The notes under the pieces: generated by a model
Told to the model about the DNA's origin: nothing
What the model saw: the letters and a program-made list of their open reading frames with translations, nothing else
Databases searched by the model: none
Position numbers and translations under genes: made by a program
Origin: Cycas panzhihuaensis
Lineage: Eukaryota; Plantae; Cycadophyta
NCBI GenBank assembly: GCA_023213395.1
Contig: CM041465.1
Span: forward strand, 203,243,741 to 203,307,740
DNA: 64,000 nucleotides
Reading direction: 5' to 3'
Shown: positions 54,401 to 64,000 of the stretch, one piece after another
Layout of the letters: every line of letters begins with the position of its first letter
How positions within the stretch are numbered: the stretch's first letter is position 1

Positions 54401-57400
54401 TTGGTACATTGATTAGGTTGTTCCACCCACATGACCCATAAAGAACAATTATTTCAAACTTTGGATATAAATAAGAAAGGGTCTATTATGTTTGGAGACA
54501 ACACTTCTCACCAATCGATTGGAAAAGGTAACATTGCCTTATTGGTGATAGTGGTGAATATAAATATTTAAATGATGTTCTATATGTCCTCGCTTTAAGG
54601 AAAAACTTACTACTCAGAGGATGATGATGGGACAAGACTATAAAATAATTTTTGACAACGCGAATCGTCATTAAAGATAAACGACAAAATGAAGCTATTG
54701 TTGCTAAGGGTATCATGACTAAAGATCGTTTATTTAAACTTACTATCACCCCCTCAGAAACATATGCCCTTAGAACCACAACTACTATGGATAGTGACCT
54801 ATGGCATCGACGTTTCGGTCACCTTAATTATACAAGTTTAGCCCTTATGAAAAGATTAGATATGGTTAATGGCTTGCCCCCTATTGATGTCAATAAAGAG
54901 TTGTGTGAGGGTTGCCTTCTTGGAAAACATCATAGAGAAAGTTTTCCAGATTTTAGCCATCGGACATCTGCCCCTCTTCAACTCGTATACACAGATATTT
55001 GTGGCCCAATGGCCACTCCCTCCTTGGCAGGTGCCAAATATTTCCTTACATTTATTGATGACTTTACAAGAAAGACTTGGGTGTTCTTTCTCAAATTCAA
55101 ATCTGATGCTTTTGACCACTTTGTTAACTTCAAAACCTTCATTGAGCGACAAAGTGGATACCATATCCTCTCCTTAAGATCAGATAATGGGGGAGAATTT
55201 ACCTCTAATATCTTCAAGGATTACTGTATCCAACATGGGATTAGGCGACAACATACCAACCCCTACACCCCACAACAAAATGGTGTAAATGAAAGGAAAA
55301 ACAGAACTATCGTAGAAATGGCACGTTGTATGCTTAAAGATAAAAACTTAGGCCATGAATTTTGGGTCAAGAGTCCATACCGCAGCCTACTTACTTAATC
55401 GATGTTCCACAAAAGTCATTAAAGGGAAGACACGGAAGAAGCATGGACAGGTTATAAACCTAGTATCCGTCACCTTAAGGTATTTGGCTGTTTAGCCTAT
55501 GCCCACATCCCTGATCAAAGAAGAACCAAATTAGATGATCATAGTGTCAAATGTATCTTTATTGGATATAGTGAATCATCAAAATCTTACAAAGTTTATG
55601 ATCCCAAATCCCGAAAAGTTATACTAAGTAGGGATGTCAAATTTCAAGAAGACACCTACTATCAAAATAACCATGAACAACAAAAAGACATTACTATTAA
55701 GTTTAATGCACCAAATACATCTAAATATGTGCCCCCTATGTGGAGAAACTCTCCGGAAACTACTAGGGAAACAACATCACCTCAACCACCATTACAACCC
55801 CTACCTAAATGGGTTCAACGCAATCATGACTTAGGAAATATATTAGACAACAATCGAAGATCTACACGTTCACACAAAGTTAACTTTGCTCTAATGAGTA
55901 AGTTACTTGAAAGTCATGAGCCTCAAACATTTGGTGAGGCTAATCAACATGAGTCTTGGCAAAAGCCATGCAAGAGGAATATAAATCTATCGTTAAAAAT
56001 GATACTTGGGAACTTGTAGACTTACCACCAAGAAAGAAAGCCATTGGAACCAAATGGGTTTATAAGACTAAGTTCCACTCGATGGATCAATTGATAAATA
56101 TAAAGCTCGTTTAGTTGCCAAAGGATATGCCCAAAAGAAGGCATAGACTACAATCAAACATTTGCCCCAGTTGCTAGAATGGAATCAGTTCGCATGATAA
56201 TAAGTTTAGCCGCCCAAATGGGTTGGCCTGTTTATCAAATGGACGTAAAAAGTGCTTTTTAAATGGTTATATTCAAGAAGATATCTATGTCTCTCAACCC
56301 CTCGGTTTTGAAGTCAGGGGGGAAGAAAACAAAGTGTATAAGTTAAAGAAAGCGTTATATGGTCTAAAAACCTAGGGCTTGGTATTCCCGTATAGACACA
56401 TATCTTAAAGATCAAGGGTTTGAAAGATCTCAAGCAGATCCAAAACTATACACTAAAATTAAAGGAGATTCAATATTGATCGTAGGACTTTATGTAGACG
56501 ATTTAATTTATACCGGAAATGACTCCCAACTTTTAAATCAATTTAAAGAAGCTATGTGTAAGGAATTTGAAATGACAGACTTAGGTCTTATGCACTACTT
56601 CCTAGGATTGGAAGTGTGGCAAGATAAACAAGGAATATTTATCTCTCAACGTAAATATATACTAGACCTTCTACAAAGATTTAATATGACAAACTGTAAA
56701 CCATTATCAATACCGGCAGAAATTGGAATTAAACTCTCTAAGACAGATGACTCAACCTCAGTTGATCCCACTCACTATAGACAACTTATTGGTAGCCTAC
56801 TTTATTTAACCTCTACTCGACCTGATATAACATATTCCGTAAGTGTTGTATCTAGATTTATGCAGATCCAAAGACATCCCATTGGCAAGTTGCTAAAAGA
56901 ATCCTCGAGATACCTTAAAGGGACTTGGACTTTGGACTATACTACAAACCTACATCCGAGTTTCAGTTAAGGGTTACATGATTGATTAATGGTGATATTG
57001 ATGATAGAAAATCTACTTCGGGTTATGCATTTAGTATGGGATCAGCAGTAGTAGCTTGGAGTTCAAAGAAACAAAATACAGCTTCTTATCCACACCAAGG
57101 CGTAATATATAAAGCCGCAGTGTTAGGAGCCTGTGAATCAATCTGGTTAAGAAGACTCTTACAGGATTTTCAAATTAAACAGCAAGGCCCCACTAAAATT
57201 TGGTGTGACAATCAGAGCGCTATTCAAATGACCAAAAATCCAGTATTCCACGGCAGAACAAAGCACATTGAAACTCAATACCACTTTATTCGAGAACTTG
57301 TACAAGCAGAACAGATAGAGTTGACTTATTGTAGCACCGAAGATCAAACAGCGGATATTTTTACAAAGGCCTTGGGAAAAATCAAGTTTGAAAAGTTCAG

Positions 57401-57430
57401 AGATGATTTAGGAGTCATACACATTGGGCT
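54401..57430 (+). CDS. pol: Copia-C pol: PR, integrase, RT, RNase H (frameshifted in this assembly)
   Basis: PR: WYID.GCSTHMT. Integrase: LWHRRFGHLN, CEGC, DICGP, FIDDFTRKTW, RSDNGGEF, TPQQNGVNERKNRT. RT: YKARLVAKGY, QMDVKSAF, LYVDDLIYTG. RNase H: DDRKSTSGY, CDNQSAI, HGRTKHIE, ADIFTKAL. Confidence 0.92.
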
Positions 57431-57442
57431 TATGGGGGAGAA

Positions 57443-57778
57443 TGTTGGGAATAATCCCAATGTTTGTGCACTAGAGCGCTTAGGGCCCCTCAAAGCCACC
57501 TTTGAGGGCCCCTAGGGCACCTTGAACCGTTCAGCAGCCGCCCAGACCGACCACTCACGTGAGGTACGTATTTACCGTTATTTATTTTTTATATTTTTTC
57601 AAACTAACCTTAATTGTTGTGCAGCTAGGGTGATGGCGCCCGACGCCTCCCCGAATCTCTATTTAAGGGTTGGGAATACCTCCCTGGTGTTTATTAACAC
57701 CGCCACTCTTTCGGAAATCGCCGTTGTACTCAAGATGAAAGTCTCGTGATGTCCTGCTCTGCTCCTCCGGCTCCATCA
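57443..57778 (+). repeat. Copia-C 3' LTR (336 bp)
   Basis: Direct repeat of 49501-49827, preceded by the PPT and followed by the TSD. Confidence 0.97.
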
Positions 57779-58764
57779 GGAATAAGTGGAGCAATCAGAT
57801 AAAGAGCCTCACATAGCTAAACAACCAAAGAAAGAGTCTCATGCAGCCAAACAGCTAGAGAAAAAGTCTTATACTGTTAAACGGCCATAGAAAGAACCTT
57901 AAATAGCTAAGCCTCTAAGGTATGAGGAGGAAGATAAGTGAAAGAGAAGAAAGGTGGCAATAGAAAAAAGATGACAAAAGATTTTGGAAATATTAAATAA
58001 TTAGTTGCCTGAGGTCAAATTTGATCAATTAGGGGATTTCCTAGAGGAAGACTTCAACCCAATGAGTTGTAACCTGCAAGATGTCATGCAGTAGAAGACT
58101 TCCTTTCTAGCAAAAGTAACCAGATAACTAGTTATGGAATTAGAACAAAGAAATAGAAGATTGCCACTAAACATATAGAGAATACAGTGGTTAGAGGAGA
58201 AGCTGGTAACTTTGGAAGCTCAGTTAGAGTTTTTGAAAAGATTTATTTTTACCTGGGTAAAAGGTACCAATGCAATCGATCACAAACTACAAGTATTTAA
58301 CAGTCATTTTCACCAGGAGATTCCATTAGGATTACATGAAGTAATTTATAAGTTGGGTGTATAAATACTTGAGATAGAGGAAGACACAATACATGCGAAT
58401 AAATTTTAAACCAAGATATGTCACTTGCGATAAGATTTGACAAGGATAGAATAGATGTACAATGAGGCAATGAAAGAGATTCAAAGGTAGGGGGGAAAAC
58501 TAACATTAGCACGATTAGATGCATTAAAAGATGTTGCAATTCTTGTGGATCATTGCTAATCACAGGGAATTCAAATTTTGTCAGCTATCGCAAGGCCAAA
58601 TACAAACTATATTTGATAAGCAATGAATAAATTACACAAGGAGTTAGATGATATATGAATAAATGTTGTTTATTATTTTTTTAGGAAGGGAAGGAATAGG
58701 TAAATTTTTTTTTTTTTTCCTTTTCAAATAAGTGAGGGCACTTAGTGGTTTTGTGACAGGGAAA

Positions 58765-59673
58765 TATATGTGGGTAAAACTACACATACAGTTTTGAAAA
58801 AGAACTTTAAAATTATGAAAGATTCCAAACAGATGTAGTCAAGTTATAAATAGATTGGAGTCAGATTGCGAGAAAATTATAGTTTAGGGGGTGCTATAAG
58901 TATATTGCAATTAGATTACAATCACGAGAAGTTTATGACTCAAATCATATGTACAAGCAGATCATAATTAAGGTTGTGATTACTAGCTGATCATAGTTGG
59001 TCATAAGCATATTACAGTCTAAGTCACAAGTACGAGCAGATCACAGTCGAGGTCAAGAGTATAAGCAGATTGTAGTTGGGGTCATGAGTTCAGGTCAAGA
59101 TTACGAGCAGATCATAATTCGGGTTGTGATTATGAGCAAATCACAGTTTGGATCATGGTTGCAAGTTGATCGTAATTTGAGTCATAAGTATGAGCTAATC
59201 ACAGTCAGGGCCATAAGTATGAGTAGATCGCAGTCAAGTGAGCTAATCACAGTCAGAATATAGTTCAGAGTAGATCGTAATTAAAGATTATAATTTGAGA
59301 GTAATTTAGATGTATTTTTTGGTACAAATTAATGTAATAAGGGAGAAAGCCAACCATTATCAATTATTCTAGGTTGTAACCAATGGCGGTTGAAACCATT
59401 GGAATGACATGAATAAATAAGAATGGGACAATGTAAAAAGGGGTACATACAGGAGGGAAAAGACTTGAGCATTATTTTGCAAGAACCTCATTGTTGTAGG
59501 CTTGACTTACTAGTTGACTTTCTATGTATTATCAAGTCTACATCTGGTTGTGAGAGGACCAGACACAATTTCCTATCTCTAATGATATTATGTTTTGCAT
59601 TATAATGAGAGTTCCTTGTGCTTGCCTTATTCATTAGTGAATGACTTGTAAATGAATAGGTGCATAACACAGA
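58765..59673 (+). repeat. Gypsy 3' LTR (909 bp)
   Basis: Homologous to 40758-41688; followed by TSD ggtaa. Confidence 0.92.
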
Positions 59674-61844
59674 GGTAAAAATCAATTATTTTAATGTGTT
59701 TTATAATGAATCTTAAAAACCCTATTTGATATATGACATTGATCTTTAAATAATCAAAAACATAAACCATTTATTTACAATTTTTAACTTGTCATTTTGA
59801 TAAAATTGAGACAAAATAATGGTATATTTTGACCACATTTTAAATAAATATTTAAACAAATAAATATGTACATATATATCATAAAGAACATATTTATTTA
59901 AGGGGGTAATAGTAAATACTTATGCATCATGTTTGATGAATGATTAATGAAATGTCTTAACGACCCCATAATGACATTAAATTAAACTTTGTATTTCATA
60001 TTTTAATTTGTTTATTAAGTCGATATTTGTTGTTTTACTTTCACAATATAAAAGTAGGATTTAAAATGAAATTTTGATAGTTTTTAATATGCTTACTTGG
60101 TCATCATTATACAGAGCATAGGTAGGTATTTTCTAACTTTTACATAGGAAAATAAGGGGTTTTAAGTGGTTATTATATATATAGGCTAAAGAGGATTATA
60201 GGCATATACATTTCATTTATTTTTAGAATAAAATTAATCAAAAGAGAAAGGGATTTATTGTCTTTTACATAGAGTTGATTTTTTTTTTTAAATTGGCCTA
60301 AAAAACTAGTGATTAGTTATTGAAATATTTATTTATTTACTTGCATTTCATATAGATACATTAGGGGTTTAGTTTTCATATCATTTTAATTTTGATTTTA
60401 AACTAACTTGTGTAAGAGTTGAGATACACATTGCTATAAAAAATTATAAAATTACATATAAAAAAGTAACAAAAATCTTCATTTTTATTTCATAAATACA
60501 CACTTAACAAACTCAAGATTCAATGGATCTTTAGTGTGATCTCATGTTTTCACTCATGCATATTATTTAATGTTATTACTTTTGTCACTGTGAAAAATTG
60601 AAATGAGGTATTCTTGTTGAAGTATTTTCACTTTGTTGATCTCTCATCATTCCCTAGGATCCTCAAGTATATCCTAGATATTTAGAGTCAAAACCTTATT
60701 CCATTGCTCTTACCAAAATATTGTTGAATTAAGACCCTCCATGCAAGTGGGGCCACGTAATGTGTTAAACCCTTAGACAACTATGACTGCTTCCCTAAAA
60801 AAGGTGTAGTTGCATTGGTGCACTTTCCCTATTAAGACATATCCATAAAAACATGGGCAATTAAGTGATTATGGTAACTACGACTCTATGATTACTTTTT
60901 AGAATACCTTTATGATCACAGGGGGCTTTATCTTACTAGCACTTATACTATTTAGAATTACTTGAGGTATCTTATGGTTTACCTTGGAGTTCATTAATAA
61001 GGTTAGAGATGGTCATGCTAGTAGGGTAAAGACTATAATACCAGTGGATACCACCTAGTAATCCTTGGTAGGCATAATCGGTAAGTAGCCTTAATAATCG
61101 TAAATAAGTCTTTATCATCTTCCTACAAAAAAATATTGATATAATAACCTAGTGTTAGCATTTCCTCTATAATGAGTTGATCCCTTACTATTTAGGTCAA
61201 TTTTTATTTTACTTTTCACACATCTATTTGTCCCGCAGGTTCTCTAAACCCTAGGGTTGACCATCTTACAATTTTTAATTAGGTGACACATAGTGCACTA
61301 TCACTCAATTAAGTACCTTCCTTTTAAATTATTTCCTATCTCATAAAATATCAACTTAAATGTAAACTCAGATTCATATTAGGAACATGGATTGGTTTAG
61401 GTGAAAACTAAATGTAACATTTTCTACATCAATGTTTTTTCTAATAATCATACTAGGGAATCAAATTGAAGTCCAATTACTCGTCACCTATCTCATTTTT
61501 CTTTATCTTTAATAATACCACATCGATATATTAGGGTTCTTGTTAACCCTAATAGGTTCTCTCAATAATTAAAAGGCCTATCCCCTATTTTCCCTTATGC
61601 TCTTGAGGAAGCTTTACCTCTTGAAGTTCTACAAATCCATATCTTCCCTTGCATAATTTTATTGCTTTTCCTATCTCATGCTCAGAAGCATTTGTCATTA
61701 CTTGAGTCTAATCATCATGAGTTCTAAAGATGGGATTCAATCCCTTTCACCTACTAAACCTAACACCAATTTCACTCCATCTTAGTTTTAATACCTTATA
61801 TATATCAGAACTTCTCCCCTAGTCATACTAGCATCTACATCGAA

Positions 61845-62350
61845 TATGCCCATGATACCTCCTAATTTTCCCAAATTTTATGATAGGCCTAATGAAGACC
61901 CTAAGAAACACATTGATGTATTTCTCAATATTGCCTAATTATATCATGATTCTATCTAAATCAGACTATAAATGCATACTATCTTAGAAGATGCAAGTAT
62001 ATACTAGTTTGTAAAGCTTACATTGGATTCCATTAAAGATAATCAAGAACTATTGTAAATTTTTCTTAATCGTTTTACCCTTCTAAAGGTTGAAGACAAT
62101 GGTTTTCATTCATTACTTCATTATTAACCTATAAGTAAACCCCTTCTGAGACTATTAGTTAGCATATTAATAACTTTCAAGAATTAACTAGTTATTATAT
62201 AGTTAGTTTAAATGATATCACACTTAAGCAAGTCTTTCTTAATAGTTTGGCAGATATTGTCAATTTTGAATTATTACGTCAAAATCTCAAGTCTTACCTT
62301 GAAGTAGAACAACTTGCTCATCAATATAAGCATGCCCTAATTTAGTTAGG
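61845..62350 (+). pseudogene. gag: Degenerate Ty3/gypsy (Tat/Ogre-like) gag relic
   Basis: PMIPPNFPKFYDRPNEDPKKHIDVFLNIA*LYHDSI*IRL...LEDASIY*FVKLTLDSIKDNQELL*IFLNRF, and later QVFLNSL. Preceded by a GC-richer leader block at 60640-61110. Confidence 0.65.
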
Positions 62351-64000
62351 ATTGATGATTATTGAAAGTCCTACCTATATTTAGGCCATCCTTCTTGATG
62401 ATCTAAATAGAGATGGTGTTGGTGGTGGGGGTCCACCCCTTCCTCTTCCTTAACAACCTCCCCAACAAGTTGTGTAAATAACCTTAACAACCCCTATTGC
62501 TTCTTTACATAACTTAGTAGTATTTATCACCCAACTAGCATAACTTGTTCAAAATCTTATTATGAAAAAAAAATAAAATATATGGTCATTCAAAAAGTAT
62601 AATGATGACCTAATCACCTGTAAAATAACCAATTGAGGGGGTAGCATAATCCACTCCCTTATACTCAAGAAAATAACATCCCACTTGGTGCCCTACAAAA
62701 TATGTAACAAAAATGACCTTCTAGATCCCTTTATTGCAATCATTGTGGAAAAATAAGCCACTATGAGAATACATATCATGAGCAACTTTGATACTCTACT
62801 TGTCATATTCCTAGTGATTATACGATTAGGAATTATCTTGCTTTGGCTTTGGCTCATCAATCCCATGATTAAAACCCTAATCAGCAAATAGTAATGTACA
62901 AAGATCCCTTACCTAACAATAATTTAAGGCATGTTTATTTTACCCATTTAGCCCCTTCAAGTGTTGAAGCCCAACTTACTTCACAAATTCAGAATCTTCA
63001 AAGTTAGTTCAACTCATTACAACTTTAACATGCATTTTTTCTTAATTCCTCTCAAGTGATTAGATCTCAATTTATTTAGGCTTTTATATAACCTAGTATA
63101 ATAACCTAGTATCTTTGTTTTCCTTATAAAAGGTGCAAACTCCACTTCTATTATGTATTAAGTGGATTCAAATGAATCTTTGGTTTTATAAATTGATAGA
63201 TAAAATTCACTAAATAAATTTAAGGTGCACACATATTAACCATAGCATATCCTCATAAATATGGATTCTTTAAATTTTTAAAAATGTCAACTAATTTGTA
63301 ACCTTGTTTTCTATTAAGGCATTTAGAAGAATTAGGGTAAAAAACCAAGGAGAGCTTTCTTTAAGTCAATAGTTTTATAATGATTATTATCTTGCCCTTA
63401 TCCTTCTATTTACTCTCCATGTATGTCATTCCCTATCCCATGGCTCTGAGTTCACATCATCCTCACACTCCATTTATCTTACCTCCCACATATCTCTTTT
63501 CAATACATTAATATCAACTATTTGCCCATATAAAGCATCCAACATACCCCTATCCTTCATTTCCTATTTTTCCCTATTAAGTTTACACATATGTTATCCC
63601 TAAATCTCACTTGTAGTCTTACATACCCTGTTATATTTTATTTCTTCACTAATCCCTTATGCTTCTTACCTCATAATCTCTCGTTGAAACTACATTCTCC
63701 CCTATCATCCTATCTTCTCTCTATGAGCCTTTACATTACATCTCCCCTTTTAGCATACCCCTCTCTTATGCCCTACTCTAAAACTCTTACCCATATGGGA
63801 TTTCTATCATACCAACTAATTTGATTCCCATTTACTAAATACCCATCTCATATGTCCCCATCTAAGCTAATCATCCTTATAATATAGTCAAATTCTCCAT
63901 TCCCTACCCCTTATTCACACTAATCTTATCTTATTATTTCCACATCATTTTCCTTATTCAAGAGCAAATCCACATGGGCATAGTACAGAAATGATATATA

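Larger units (their letters stand above)
49501..57778 (+). mobile_element. Copia-C: young full-length Ty1/copia with a 3.4-kb 5' leader
   Basis: LTRs 49501-49827 and 57443-57778 (TG...CA). TSD GGAAT at 49496-49500 and 57779-57783. PBS tggtatcgagc at 49830-49840, PPT tatgggggagaa at 57431-57442. All copia domains present and CpGs retained. Confidence 0.97.
48644..58660 (+). pseudogene. Gypsy extra 3' ORF (48644-49500 + 57784-~58660), split by Copia-C
   Basis: FFVNSYV...LTEAIT*VMGL and FN*ARFVSSKILKNL...SYLI, followed by a charged region. 30-bp repeats KEPHIAKQPK x4 at 57801-57920 continue EEPFVAKE across the insertion. Coiled-coil-like RIQWLEEKLVTLEAQLEFLK. Confidence 0.65.
40758..59673 (+). 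mobile_element. Full-length decayed non-chromovirus Ty3/gypsy with extra 3' ORF, interrupted by Copia-C
   Basis: LTRs 40758-41688 and 58765-59673. TSD GGTAA at 40753-40757 and 59674-59678. PBS tagtttcgttgcc (tRNA-Asp-like, compare tggcgccgttgcc). Order gag-PR-RT-RH-INT; no chromodomain seen. Confidence 0.92.

Overview
Gene-free, very AT-rich (roughly 30% GC, estimated by eye) plant heterochromatin-type window made almost entirely of nested LTR retrotransposons of different ages. The element lineages and LTR motifs look gymnosperm-like (inference). I found no host gene, rRNA, tRNA or CRISPR array. Nest 1 (minus strand) is a very old Ty1/copia (~4877-23120). It contains a solo LTR (7537-8088, TSD GTTTG), a complete Ty1/copia (10499-16734, TSD CCTTA) and a 4-kb RT-less chromovirus derivative (17346-21381, TSD GGTTT/AGTTT). 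Nest 2 (plus strand) is a non-chromovirus Ty3/gypsy (40758-59673, TSD GGTAA) whose extra 3' ORF is interrupted by a young, CpG-rich Ty1/copia (49501-57778, TSD GGAAT). Tat/Ogre-like gag relics lie at both window ends, and chromovirus and copia fragments lie in the middle. The most interesting observations are: (i) a ~430-nt multi-helix RNA domain ~130 nt upstream of the young copia gag AUG, with eroded positional counterparts in the two older copias; (ii) a second, divergent Gag-capsid-like motif between protease and RT in the gypsy; (iii) an in-frame Gag-protease-chromodomain element with no RT/RNaseH/integrase; (iv) the young copia may be intact, with its frameshifts being long-read consensus errors. 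All alignments, counts and helices were read by eye and are approximate.
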